From Chrysomallon squamiferum (taxonomy: Eukaryota > Animalia > Mollusca), in the NCBI GenBank assembly GCA_012295275.1, contig CM022670.1:23188001-23252000 (forward strand): a stretch of DNA of 64,000 nt. The letters are read 5' to 3'. Below, piece after piece: positions 19,066-38,295 of the stretch (the stretch's first letter is position 1; each line of letters begins with the position of its first letter). The notes below the pieces were generated by a model. The model was not told the origin of the DNA and did no database searches. It saw nothing but the letters and a program-made list of their open reading frames with translations. The position numbers and the translations under genes were made by a program.

Positions 19066-19577
19066 CAGGGCCAGCGCCAGACTATTTATTTTGTGTCGTA
19101 GATAAGACTATACAAATACTTCCATATTTTTATACATACAATTTTTAAAAACATGTTTTGTAGAAAAAAAAAAATAAATAGAAAGTACAAAACTGGAAAT
19201 AGCTTAATTTATTAAAAACGTTCATAAGATACCAACAGTACCAATATTAAAAGCAAAATATCCATTAATGTGGTTCTGTCCCTTTAATCCCATTATTGGG
19301 GCAAAAGTGCTTTAACTTAAAAACATATGACACTAAATGTTATTAATAAAGCAAAATAAAGAAAGTGGTTCCTTTATGAGCGTATGAATACAAATAACAG
19401 AAAAAAATCAAAAAAAAAGAAAAAAACCCAAATCGGTGTCGGGAGTGAGCAATAACGTTTTGATAAGAAAAAAAAGAAGCAAAATTGAATTTAAAAAAAG
19501 TGTGACCCTTAAAGGTCAGTAATGCATTCCTCTCAGTTCTGCGCCCAATGTTGGATTAATGGTTTGCTCCGGCCCTG
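19066..19577. mobile_element. Degenerate MITE (~510 bp), probably hAT-like
   Basis: Termini CAGGGCCAGCGC and GCTCCGGCCCTG (reverse complement CAGGGCCGGAGC, 10 of 12 match). Flanks CGTACGAT / CTTACTAG match 5 of 8, a possible decayed 8-bp TSD. Confidence 0.5.
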
Positions 19578-20122
19578 CTTACTAGCAGATTTACAAGAAA
19601 ACAACGTAGTGGGGGGGAAAACGAGTGCAATTTAATGTATTATCTGATATGAAGGTTAATTCACCCCTTTCTGCTCTTAATATCTTTTGTTGTAAATTAG
19701 CTTTTTCAACTTTGGATGCATTAAAGTGTACATTGTTTATAAGAAGTTTTCAATTATCACGGTAGAGTCCTTCGTTGGCGTCATATAATTATCTACAGAA
19801 ATGCTTAAGCTATGAACTTTGGACTTAGAAAAGTGTATCAGCGGTTGATGGCCTGTTTTAGGTTAGCAGATCAAAGGGTAAAGGTCAAGATAATTACCAA
19901 ACGTAATAAGGACTTCTGTTGAAGTTACGGTCTTTCTTGAGAACATCTTTTGTTGTTGTTGTTGAAATGTCTTGACGGATTTATTAAGAAATTTATAAGG
20001 ATTTTAATGTTTTCAAAAGGACAGTATAAAAATCACTACATGGATTTCAGGTGATCATTTCCATATCACTATATAGTTATTATTATTATTATTTTAATTT
20101 AATTTTCAAATGATTTGGTAGG

Positions 20123-20173
<51 letters not shown>

Positions 20174-20367
20174 TTTATATAACTTATAGTCACAGATTAT
20201 TTTCCCACAGAAAAATATTATATCCAAATCTGCAAATTTTCTATTCTTTTTGTATATTTAATTATCTCCATGTCTTTCTTCTGTTTTCAAATGATAAAAC
20301 TATTTATGGGAATAATTAATTACAATTAACTTTTATTAAAAATTAAAAACAACTGTTGGCTTGGAAG

Positions 20368-20369
<2 letters not shown>

Positions 20370-20440
<71 letters not shown>
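20370..20440. repeat. (CT)n microsatellite
   Basis: Read directly from the sequence. Confidence 0.95.
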
Positions 20441-20444
<4 letters not shown>

Positions 20445-21280
20445 TTGTAACTTGTTGTTTCTTACAATTTTACTTTTGCATATCGAGACAGCATTAAGGA
20501 ATTTAATGCGAACAGATGGCGCTCTGCCCACAACATCAGGCTTGATAACCGTCATTAACTTCTTTATTGAGTAATTTTTCACTTGTCTTTTGTTGTAAAT
20601 ACAATGTACGTGCCAATCGAACTGAAAATCTTTGGAAAACAAAACGCGTCTTTAATGTCTACCACAGAAAAAAAGAAAGAAAAAAAAAAAAAAAGAATAG
20701 TGAAAGCAGTTGGCTTTTCCTTGTGTTAAGCGTGGAGTCATGCGAAGCGGAGACCTTGGTTTCGCAGTTTGTAAAGAAATGCTGTCCATTCATAGTTCTA
20801 CACAAAAGACATTAAACAACGACCTGTTTAAGCCATTAACAGAAAAATAGTCAAATCTTTTCAATGGTCAGACCTGGCACGTTACAATGTGACAATGACC
20901 AACTGTCCCTTGCCCTCAGACGTACTCTACTGACCGGTTTCATTAACACAATGGAGAGCTCAGAGATTCCGCTACAGACATGTTTTTCCAAAACTGTCTG
21001 AGCCAAACACGTTTTCGTTTATACGTTTGTTTCATACAGTTATTCGACATTATTATATTTGATAATAAAATCATGCAAATATGCCTTCTTAACGTCAGTC
21101 CTGCTTCTTTTGGTGTCGCCATCATGAAATATGGTGCGAAGACAGTTCTGTTGAGCAAAAAAGAAAGAAAAGAAAAGTAAAAAACATGTATGAACAAAAG
21201 CAGGCTTAATCAATAGGTTAATTTTTAAATATACTGTGTAATAATGTGTGTTAGCATAATAATATTTCAAATTAGTTCTG

Positions 21281-21322
<42 letters not shown>

Positions 21323-21992
21323 GTATAACATAAAAAGGCGTTTGGTTTAATTGGAATAATTTTAAAGAAAGTCTCCTTACTTGAAATAAATGCAATCTAA
21401 TATTTCTAAATTCGTTTAAAATTATAATTCTGAAAAGACTCCGTTTCTGCTTATAAGTATAAATTTGAAATCATTATGATAAACATCTATTTTTTTTTTT
21501 TAATTTACAAATCCTTTGAAGAAACTAAAAAAAATATACAAACAAATCAAAAACAACAAACAGTAGAAACAGATATGTCTTTGTGAACAGTGGTGCTGTG
21601 TAGGGTGTGGTCAGACATCCGTGTAATCTGACTTTCGTAATGTTTTGCAGAACGATCCAAGTACACTAAGGCAAGTATAAATACAACAAAGCGTGGGAAA
21701 AATTATAAAAATAAATTATAAATAAATATAATAACATGCGCATGCTAATTTCATCCAAGACCGAACATTTAAAAAAAAAAAAAAAAATAAAAATAAATAA
21801 ATAAAAAACAAACAACAACAACAACAATAATAATAATAATAATCAAAACCTGATTAAAGTGATCTCTTAATTATTATTATTTTTTTTTTATTTTTAATAA
21901 CTGGTGAGCTATAATCCACGTTTCTAGTATTAAAATTCTGTTCATTAGACAGTGGGTTTCGTTTAAACAACAGCCACATAAAAGTGTGTTTC

Positions 21993-22058
<66 letters not shown>

Positions 22059-24070
22059 AGTTTATTAATTTACTTTTTATGGAAATAACAGCGATGCTTC
22101 CTTGTTCTTTAAGGTGAGCAATTCCCTGAATACTCACTCGCTGGAAAAAAATCATACCTCTTATCATGTTCAGTTCTGCATTTACAGAAATTTCAAATGC
22201 CAGACATACCGTAACACTTCTGAGTGATTTCAGCTTTATTCAGATAATAACTGAATTAGGCAGCATTTTGAGACACACACAAGCCTAGGAATGCGACATC
22301 TAGGCTTCTACTGATCGTTCAGTTAAAGTTACGTGACAGAATTGCTGACGTTTTCATCAGAATTGATTTTTATTTCTGGCCACATCTGTTTTTATTACCT
22401 TACTGTTATTCTTATCGATATCAAAGCACTTAGGCTGTGCTGGAAATCTAATTAAACATTCAACTCTTTTCTGTAGTAATAAGATTATGACATGGGGAAA
22501 TTAGTTATAAATGCTGTAAAGCAAAAATTAATTTCGTTTTAGCAGGCTGAAGGTTTCACGTTGTCAAAAGTTAAAACTTGAATTAAAAATGCGGTTTATC
22601 CAAGTCATTTCATAATTTAACTTCTAATATATGTTGTTTTTCTTTAAAAACTTACACGTACATATGTACTGACGTACTTGCATATATTTTAAAATATATA
22701 TATAGATTTTGATTACAAATGCAGGTAGAACACAGAAAAATTAAATAACCAAATGTATAATTTAAAAAAATAATAATAAAATGAAATAAAATAAAATAAA
22801 ATAAATAAGAAAAAAAACACAAAAAAAAAAACACAATTATCGATAATGATTTATCTATTCAGGGCAAAAAATTCATTGGTGTTTTTTTTAATTTCTAAAT
22901 TAACACTGTGCTCGGCTGTACATGTATTATTAATAAAACTGCAGGTTACTAAAACCTTTTAATTAGGAATCCACATCATCAGCACACTCTCTGCAGTTAT
23001 TGTGTGATGAATAGATGGAACTAGCGTATTTGAGGTTCACAATCACACCCACAGTTCATCCGCTGAATAGCTTCCACTCCCCTGGAGACGAACTTTGATC
23101 AGTCAGGCCCGTTTTTGTGTCGTTCAGAAAATAATGTACGTCTTTCCAACCAGGCCGATTCGTATCGAAGTACACAAATACAATCCATGGGGCGCAAAAC
23201 GGGTATTTATCAGTCAATGTGCGAAGAGGTGAGTTTGACCAATTCTTCTTTATCACTAAAATATTTTTGATAATATTTGATTTGTTTTTTCTCAGAGATA
23301 ATTTTTCTCGATTTATGTTTGTCGACAGCGTGGGCTGTGTGGTGTCGTTATGCAAGTAAACAATACGGTCAGGTTGCAGTGCGGAAAACGGCGATGATCG
23401 TACGATCCATTGAAAATCGCGAGGGAGAGACCTTCCTTTCTCTCCGTGTCTCCATTGCTAGCAGGTGTTGTTCTCGTGTTACTCGAGAGTCCAGTTAAAT
23501 ATTTTATTCCTCGAAACAAAATCAGTATTCTTCTGTTGAGATACAGAATTACAAACCGATAAAGTCATTACATCTTTTAACTAAAAAAAAAATATTTTGT
23601 TCTCCTTCAGAAATGCTGGATACGTCCCTGATTTTATTCCAGTTTATAACTGGAAATTAAATACAAGATTATGTTCACTGTCGCCGCGCTTAAGCCGTAA
23701 CATTACTATCTCTTTTCTCCGTCTGTCTGTCTCTCTCTCACTCTCTCTCTTTGTGTTTCTTCTTCACTCAAGCTTTCGCGCTCTCTGTATTAACCATTTT
23801 GAATATGTGAATATACCTGCGCGGAAATGATTGTATATGTTAACGAGTGCGCTTATTTATTTATGTATTCTTTTATAATTTTTGTCTTACAACAATTTTC
23901 AATCGCTTTCCCTCTTCAGCTGTTTATATTTCTATTGTTCAGATACTAAAAATATCTTTTAGAAAAAAGATATATGTAAACTGAACCATACAGATTTTGT
24001 GTCCGTTGTTAGTGACATATAGTCCTACTCTAGTAATACATATATTAGGCTATATTACTCAAACATACCA

Positions 24071-24540
24071 GCGCATGCGTCTTTTCGATTCAGTAATCTT
24101 TAAATGTTGGTCACACGTGTTTTTGGTGATCATGGAGTATTAATCAGTTTGAGGTCAGTAAAGTGTACATCAGACTAAATTGTACTGTGTTTGAAGATGC
24201 ACGAATCTGTTCGTATCTTTATCAGAATCTACCGACGACAGTTTTAATGATTTCGCCGGTAGCCTTCCCTGGTGGCGTGGTTTTCGCAAGGACATCTTGA
24301 CATATCAACAAAAGCGATCACGTGATTTTACGAAACTAGCGATCTATATATTCGGTAACTATTATGCAGTGACAGAATTCTCATTTTCAGATGGTTACAA
24401 TTTATTAATTTAATATGTTTTAGAACTGACTAATGAAATGTATTTTGACTAGCCAGTACGATATGCTAATCATTACTTGCTCAATTATTTAGGCAGACAG
24501 CGCATGACACGAGGGTAATTGGTATGTAACTAGGGCGGGT
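24071..24540 (+). promoter_or_regulatory. Putative ELOVL promoter with an SREBP-type E-box
   Basis: GCGCATGCGT (NRF1-like) 24071-24080, perfect palindrome ATCACGTGAT 24317-24326, TATATA near 24344, ATTGG 24518-24522 and GGGCGG 24533-24538. Lies ~0.6-1.1 kb upstream of the first coding exon acceptor at 25157. Confidence 0.45.
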
Positions 24541-24701
24541 CCAGGGAAAGGAAAAGGGTCGAGTCACTGCGGCGGCTAGATGAAGTAAAAAAAAAAAAAA
24601 AATAATAATAATAATAATAATAATAATATGCTAAAAATTTTGAAGAGGTATTAGATGCAGGTATAAATGGAAACAGTAAAAAACAAAAAAAAAAAAAAAA
24701 A

Positions 24702-24770
<69 letters not shown>

Positions 24771-25037
24771 AATAAATAAAATCACATTAAATGCTGAAGG
24801 TTGTAATGCCATAACAAATTACATTTTATTTATTCCCCCATTTTGTAACTAGCAAACGATGATAAACATTAAGATTAAAGTTCATTTTCTTTAGATAGCG
24901 GTATGAGGAATCAAAAAAAAAAAAAAAAAAAATGAAAGAAAAGAAAAGAAATCAAGCGCGTGTAACAATTTGTTTCTATCTGTATGTTATATTTGCTTTA
25001 ACTCATTTTTTTTTTTTTTTTTTTTTTTTTTTTCTAG

Positions 25038-25041
<4 letters not shown>

Positions 25042-25124
<83 letters not shown>
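25042..25124. repeat. (GA)n microsatellite
   Basis: Read directly from the sequence. Confidence 0.95.
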
Positions 25125-25127
<3 letters not shown>

Positions 25128-25170
25128 TATTATATTTGATAAATTTTATTTTAACAGACACTGACGAGAG

Positions 25171-29562
<4,392 letters not shown>

Positions 29563-31726
29563 TTGGTTGTCATCTCGGACAAGCTCATAACTTTACTATG
29601 CAAAACACTTAAATTAGTTTTAACTGGTTTGTAAAAGCATCGACAGCTCTGTCCCGGTGAAATTGTACACAGATATTTTTTATTTTGTTTTTAGCAAACA
29701 AGACGTACCAGAGATATTGCGAACAGTGGTGTAGCTTGAAGAAGGGCAATATTATAATCACCTCCTTTATGCACGCACATGTATCAAGAATTCTCTGTGC
29801 AGTATATTTCGAACTTATTTAATATTTTAGCTACTGGTGCACTCTTTAACTTTATAATTCCACAAGATTTGAAGAAAACCTTCTGGATTCATTATTCTAC
29901 AATGTTCTCAAATGCGTCGTCTTTTCTACGTTTTCTACTATGTGTGACACAAGTGTCTAGGTTATATCTGTGTGTCCAAATGTAATAGATAATTTGTTAT
30001 GATGAAGTGATCATTAGATTGTTTCAAATAATATTCAAATTGCATTGTTTATTTTATTTATGAAACATAAAATTATTAAGTGACATGGTTTTTAAATTAA
30101 ATGTTTTGATTTTAAATGCAAGTACGCAAAAATAAATACATGGCTGTAATACATTATAAAATAGAGTTTTAATTACAAAATAAAATTGTACAATGAATTT
30201 AAAATTATTTATTTTGTACATGTGCCAGTGCCTTTTTCTGTGTCGTTCCGCCTGTGTTTAACTTGGCTACTCTTCCAGTTTTATGCTTACATCAGAAGTG
30301 TCCATCTCCTGCGATGCTATAAATAAAATTTTAATAATTTCAATATTTTAAAGTCATACCCAACTGCCTAGCTTCAATTTTAATAGCATTTAGTTCTGTT
30401 ATATTATTTATTTATGTATTTATTTTTTTTTTTTGATGGAATTTATAAAGTATTTCATGATGTAGAAATACGTAATAAACATTTCATGACACGAATTCAG
30501 AAAACAAATAGCTGAAATAGGTTTATAATTAAATGCCATTAACGTGTCATATTTATCAGTTCGAGCAGAAACATGTTGAAATTAATTATTATGAACTATT
30601 CATTCACACAAAAAAAAAAAGAAAAAAAAAAAAAAACCCCCCCCCAAAAAATGCTATTTCCTACACTAGCATTTAATAATTTTATCGCTAAATGATGTTC
30701 CTTTTTAACAACATTTCCAAAATGTTCACCAACCCGATATTTATATTTTTTGTTTTTAATTTATTGTATGTTTTTTTTCTCTTCTTCATTTTTCTTCTCT
30801 CCATTATTTTCACCTTGATACCATAATGATGAAACCGACTGTAGTATAAACAATTTCAGGTCTCTCAGACATCAGGTTTATTAACTTCTGTTCAAGTGAT
30901 GAAATTGCTCCGTGTGTCCATCGACTGAGCAACAGTTATATGCTTGGAACAAATGTAAATTCGATCACGAAATCGTGTTTTTTATTTTATGATGTCATAT
31001 TTATCTTCATTCAGACCAACTTGCTTTGAAATAGTTGATCTTATTTATTCCAGAGCTTTGCACTAGTCGGGGTCATTATTGTTCATTTTTAACACAATAT
31101 TATGATACTGAAAAAAAAAAAATAATAATAATAATAAAAATTAGAAAAATTAGAAAAAAATAAAAATAAAAAATAGAAAAAAATAAAATTGAAAATTTGG
31201 TTCGCAAGTTATATCTGCTGTTGAACAGGGGACTCAGTTGTACTAGGTTTTTTTCGCAATATTCCCTATAACGTTTTAAAAGGAAACAAAATACTGATAT
31301 TTAATGAGCAAGCCATATATATTTATATCACACAACATACAGCTAGCTTGTAGTAAAAATTAAAGATAATCAAATAAAACTAGCCAAATATTATTGACGT
31401 TTAAATATAAATGTTCTTACATATTTATTTCAGGTTATGTTTATGTTTAGAGGTGTGCTTAATTGTTATTTAAATAATTAGACTTAGATGTTTCATATAA
31501 AAAATGATTACTGTTATTATTATTTTTTTAAATCTCAGATAATTAACGTTATTTGCGTGTTTGTGAAGGAACTCTATATGCTATTGTGAATGTTGGTTGT
31601 GTAGATGTAACGAAAACAATAAATTAATACTCTTTTATCATTTTAATACTGTTGTCGTTTTTATTGACCAGATATATATGTATGTGCGTGAGTGATGCGT
31701 GTCTATGTTTGAATGCATATATATAT

Positions 31727-31757
<31 letters not shown>

Positions 31758-32671
31758 TTGTGTATCTATGTATATATTTATTTGTGTATGTTTATATATG
31801 TATATTGATAAACGTGTGAATGCATTTAGAGTGCCAGGTAGTTTGTTGCAGAATCAATTCGTTTTGGCTGTTTTCCTTTCAGCTGCCCTACACCAGAGAT
31901 TTATTAAAGACTATGAATGTTCTTTCGTTTTGTGAGCAGAGGTTCAGAAAAATTCCTTAATCACCGAGCTTCTTCTGCTATTATCTGTGTGGCCTTCACC
32001 AGTACGTATGACACTATACAGCAGAGCATCAAATATATGTTAAGTTAAATTTAAAATATATATGTATATTCCTTTATTCCTGCGAATGCATGTGAGTTTA
32101 TATGTATTCTGTGAGTAAAGTACTTAATAACAGTCAGTTATTGACTGCAAACTTTTCAAAAAGTCAATATAATTTTCTCTTTTTTTTTTTTTAAATTCAC
32201 ACAGAAAAATTGATTATCTGTCACGAGTAATTAGTGAGTTCACTTAAAAACAGACGAACCTTCTGTTTTATGGAGGTTCCCGCTGATTAATTACAGCGTA
32301 CTGGAAGAAAATCCTATTTTTCTTCTCTTTTCAGTCTTTAATTCTATATCAGACATTCTGCCGGAGCGTGTCACATTTATTTTGAATTATTACTAATGAG
32401 AACTGAATTTAGGCGTACAGAAAATAACATTACATCTTGTCGATAAACAGTTTAGGAGGATAATTTAGATAGTTCGCTTAGACCAGTACATGTAATGAAA
32501 TTATTTTTAAAATATTAAAAGTAAGTGTTTGAAATATTATTATTATTATTATTTTTTTTTAATTAGTTAGTTAGTTAGTCAGTTACGTTGTTTGTTAATT
32601 GTTAATGAAATATTTTTATTATTTAGAATGTTTCTCTAAATACATTCAAAGCTATTAAACATACAAGCAAA

Positions 32672-32704
<33 letters not shown>

Positions 32705-34347
32705 TTGATGCAAATATAGAAAATGTCTCATACTGAAATTGACGATCTTTTGTGATTTAAAAAAAAAAAATATATTATTATTATTTTTTTTTTATACAAA
32801 TATTTTATTTTAAAAATAAAAAATATAAATATCTATTCCTGTAGAAACGATATCCACTGAATGAATTTGTTTATGTCTACGGTTACCGTTTAAAGTCTAC
32901 CGACATCGTTGCGATGAAAGACATAACTGACTTCAAACACACCAGTTTTTGCCTCATTTCAAAGAGAGTCTAGTTACGGACATGATACCCTTTTTTGTAT
33001 CTGTCTGTCTGGCTGACTGTAATTATATGCACCCAAATGTTAATAGATTGACCTCTACAGAACTGAAGTAAGAATATTACACATTCATGCTCATTTCTTG
33101 AATACAACGTTATTATGTTGGTCCTGTAACTATATGTTATACTGATCGCTGTTGCAAGAGTTGTTTCCCTTTGATCGTCCGTTTCATTTCTCCACTGTAT
33201 ACTAAAAAGATTTAAAAAAAAGAGTCTGCCATTGAATGTATATTGTCTGTCTTTCTGTCTGTCTGTCTGTTCATCTACCTGCATGTCTGTCAGTCTGCCC
33301 ATCTATTTATCCACCTCCCATTCAGTGACGGGATTCAAAATATTTAACAACAGGTTTTCTCATTAAAGGCTTGTTTTGGGCTGTCTCACGTCACTGTCTA
33401 CCAAGTCAAATTATTAATTATTATTATTTTGCCCAATTTAATTTTTTATTATTATTATTATTTTTTTTTTTACTAAAACAATGGTTAAAGCATCATATAT
33501 TAACAATGAGGAGACTGTATGTGTATAATGAAGAGTGATTTATGAACACTAAGCAAGCATTGTTAACAATCGGTTCGTCAAGCTCTGGAAATTCCATATT
33601 CGTACGAATTGATGAAAATAATAATAATAACAACAACTCAGATACTTTAAATTTGTTTTTCGTTTTGTTTTGGGGTTGTGTTTTTTTTCTTCAAAAAAGA
33701 CAAAACAGCACAATTTATGATGTCGAGGAGGAAAACGATGGATCATCAAGATGAGAGAGAACAATACCCCTTCATCAGAAACACGAAACCGGGGGAAAAA
33801 AGCAAAAATAACGATGGTGCACGAAAACAAATGAAAATTTTCCAACAGCCGCGGTTGCCTCACATAATTCTACGATGTGGAAATGTATTTGTGTGCGTCA
33901 TGAGTCATTTCTGTTAACGTCGCCGTCTGATGGACTAGGATCAGAAACCTTGTCGCTGGCGATTTGCACTAATCAGAAACGCACTTCCCGGAAAAGTCGT
34001 GTTCTGCGACTGCCGGCTTGTTTCTGCTAATTGTCTTGTCCGTGGCAGAGCTGTCCATTTCGTGACGTTCCCTGACGCAAGTGCTTTCTTACAAACGTCG
34101 TCTGGCATTGTCAGAACAACACATTGTCTGTTTTCTTTGAAAATAATTAATTGCTTCGTTTTGGAAGAGGTAATAAAAAGCAAACAACATCATTAGTTTG
34201 TTGTTTTTTTCGTAATTACATTATTAACCAAAGACAGGCGACAGACACTTTTATAACAATAATAATTAACTAGAAACGACAGTCAATTAAATATAAACAA
34301 TGTCTTAGCCGTTTGAAGTTTTAATTGTGTCTTTTTCCTTCTTTTTT

Positions 34348-34481
<134 letters not shown>

Positions 34482-35143
34482 GACATCTCTCTGTCTCTCT
34501 CACTATGCTCAGAGTAAAGAAAGTATCAGCTTTTTGTTTTGTTTGTTTTTACAGCTTTGTTCCTTTGTCTCACGAACTATCGCACGTGGTAAACAAAAGT
34601 TAACTTGTTGACGTTCCGATATGTCAAATATCACTCACACTCTCGATAATGGCCATATAACAAAGTTAGGTCAGCATACCTCTCCTTAATTTCACTGCCA
34701 AACGCAATTTGCTGCAAACCTCTACTGCTGCCAAATTGAATTTCTCAGAGAATACCGATTTAGAGGAAGAAAAGGAAGAACTTTTGATGTCCGTGATTTC
34801 TATTCCAATGCCTAATGTGATTTCGTGAAGGATTATCAAGGTGTTACACGTGTGCATTAAACGGACATTGAATCACTGACGTGATGTTTAGATATTTTTC
34901 GAGATGAAGCAATAAGGACGGAGATGTTCAATACGTTTTAACCCTTTAGAAGGCCGAAGACAGAAGGGAAAAAAAAAAATCGATTTTAGTGACGCCAGCA
35001 ACAGATTGTTGTTTGCAATGACAAGAACTGGAAAGTTGTACTCTGGATTCAAAGAGGCGTTAAAACTGCTAGCAGTTAATGTAACGATATCTGAAAGCCG
35101 AAACTGCTTAGATTCCGTCAGAGTAAAAGATTGTTAAAAGTTG

Positions 35144-35178
<35 letters not shown>

Positions 35179-36184
35179 AGAATGAAAAACTAAACACAGA
35201 GACAAAACATACAACACCCCCCCCCCAAAAAAACCATCAAAACCCAACGAAATCACAAAAAAGAAGTAAACCAGTAAAGTTAAAGCTTATATAACATTTT
35301 CGCACAGCATACGAGTTACAAGTGCTAAGGCAAATAATCTTTGTTAGTGATTTTCCAGTGCGTTGCTCACATATCAAATATTTAGCTAGCACTTATTAAA
35401 AGAATTAGATTTTTGTTATCAGCATCTTTTTTTTAAGACTCTATCTCTCTCAGTCTTTTATATCCCACCATGCATCGGAATTAAAAATGGAAGGTTGTTT
35501 GACTCTTATTTGACCTAAAACTGTTGTCATCGTCTTCGGTCTACGAGCAAACAAAATTATTATAGAGTTGTTTATAATTACAGCAGGGCGTTAATTTCCC
35601 GTGATCTCTGCGGAGAGAGACTTTCGATTTGAGAAAATCAGTACAGACATCATTTGCTAATTTTTCGTAAAAAGACTTTCAAGACGTCGGAAGCACGACG
35701 TCATCGCGGAAGATCTTTTCAAAGCACCACAAGAGTTCTGCAGGATCCAGTTCCTTAGTGCTGATTAATGACTCAGAGGAATGAAGCCAAGTGGATAAAT
35801 TAAAAGATCATCTATGAAACCCTCGTGGCAGAAAGCTGCGGGGTTAGTACAGACGTGGTTCTCATCACCGCTTCTGCGTCACTGGCCTCGCTCGATCCCG
35901 ATACCTCAGCCTCGGGGTACGAATTACACACTCTAATGAGCTCGCTGGTGAAAAAGCCAAGAAGAAGAAGAAGAAAAAGAAGAAAAAACCACGAGAATAT
36001 CGAGGCAAGATGTGTGTGTGTGTGTGTGGATTTTTTTTTTTTTTTTTTTTTTCAAAAAGAAATTTGCCATTCTGAGAACCGGAAAATTCGCTCAAAATGA
36101 AATTAGGAAAAATCCACCTGGGTTCCAGTAATAGCTGCCAAGCTGTTTTCTTTCATGCTTTTTAAAATAATAATAATGATGATG

Positions 36185-36239
<55 letters not shown>

Positions 36240-37112
36240 TAATAATAATATGAAGAAGAAGAAGAAGAAGAAGAAATAAATAAATACTCCGCGTCTTTCG
36301 TGTAAATTGGCCGTACTATATAATTTTTATTATTATCATTATTATTTTGTATTCTGTATTTTTAACGTGTGTGTAAATGGGTGAACCTCTGTCGATGCCT
36401 ATATCTCTGAATGTATATGTTTGTGATGATACATTATTTTTATATGGATATTGTTTATAGAAACTTTAACTCCTGGCACATAATCCACACATTAACAAAA
36501 AGTTTTCACACAAACACAGGCAGACGATATCTATTTATCAAATATGGTTAACTTTTTTTTTTCTTCTTTTTTTTTTAAATTATCTGAAGCCATATAATCG
36601 TCAAAGTTTGTTTAAAAACATGGAGAGAAGCTGTACATTTTGCTATAATATTTGTTTAAGACGTTTTAGGAAGCCAAAAATGTTTTAATAATATTTACTT
36701 ACATAATTTGCCGAAGCTGAATAACGTTAAATTCTGTTGACTGAAAACTCTTCGACAAATATAAACATTAACACCGACATTAAAAAATAAAAAAAAAAAA
36801 AAAAAAAAATAAGAGAGATTAATTATAATGTTTTTTCGTCTTACTTAAAGAATTTGAAAACTTCACGTTAAGAAAGTCATATCAGTTAGAGAGCTGTCTC
36901 CCTTGTAGATGGCTTCAGACTGTTAATGCACATAAAAGATCTCTTAAAACTATTTTAAGAAAATAAGTACTCTTTGCATCAGTGTGCGTTCAGTTCGAGT
37001 GGAATTAGCACCAATAATCATTTTACTATTATTTTATTTTCTGGCAAAAGCTAACTGACAGTTGGTATTAACTGGAAAGTAGAACTGAAATAATAATAAA
37101 CAAAACGAAAGA

Positions 37113-37238
<126 letters not shown>

Positions 37239-38211
37239 AAAGGTACAGAATATACTCAATATATAAATATATATCATGTATATTCAAAATACAAAAAACC
37301 CACAAACAAACATGAGACAAACGAAACGGAATCAGAGAAAGGAAGTTAGATGAAAGGAATGTCATAATGAAAGAAAGACGACAGATAAACAAACAAACAA
37401 AAAGAAAAGAAAAGAAAAGAATCAGCAATGCAGTGTATTTAATACTATTATTCATATCCGATTGCCTTTTAAAGATAATGTCAATTTAAAAAACAAAAAC
37501 AAAAACAAACAACAACAAACATAAAGAAAGCCTTTTGTTTTTTAAACTCAAAAATCGGATTTATATTTGTCATCAATCGTGTAGTTTTATTTTGGTGGAC
37601 TTTTTTTTTCTTCTTCTGACACAAACGCTGGGATCAGACATCATTGAACGTTATAAACTCTGTATTCAGACATATTGGTCATTTATCAAGCGAACAGTTG
37701 GAGTATCGCGCAGACAATGTAATAACCCATTTGTCGTATTCGTAATTGATGGTTCTTTCAGCGAGTCAGACCCCGCCACTCAAACTGCCATGAAAATATA
37801 ATTCATTTGAAAAAGATGTTCACGTGGCAAATGAAAGTTCACAAATCCTTATTCTAAAATACTGTATACAAAACGAGGCTGCACGTACAGCAAGCAGGGG
37901 GCTGAGGAGTGTGAGCTATGTTTATTTAATGTGGATTGTTTTTCTTTTTCTAGAAGTGATGGAAGGCATTGATAATGCTGAGTGTGCAGTTCGTGTTTTT
38001 TTTTAATTATACATTTTAAAGTGAAATTGAATATTATAATGAAGTTAAAGAAAATATTACATATCATAAATAAATAAATAAATAAATATTTTTGGACTTT
38101 CTGTGCAGTAATGTGTTTGCATTCTAAATATTTCTTAATTACAAAGTTTCCAGAGTTATAGTTACTGTTAGTCAGAATTTTGAAAATAAATGTAAGAAAA
38201 CCATTTCTGCA

Positions 38212-38217
<6 letters not shown>

Positions 38218-38290
<73 letters not shown>
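38218..38290. repeat. (CT)n microsatellite
   Basis: Read directly from the sequence. Confidence 0.95.

Positions 38291-38295
<5 letters not shown>

Noticed and set aside
22990-23190. Minus-strand frame MDCICVLRY..GPD*SKF..CGCDC with an in-frame TGA (selenoprotein idea)
   Set aside because: There is no similarity to a known selenoprotein family and no SECIS was identified.
29724-29840. Possible MITE (CAGTGGTGTAGCT..AGCTACTGGTG) in the ELOVL 3' region; similar Tigger-like ends near 8350 and 12306
   Set aside because: The second terminus is too degenerate and there is no convincing TSD.
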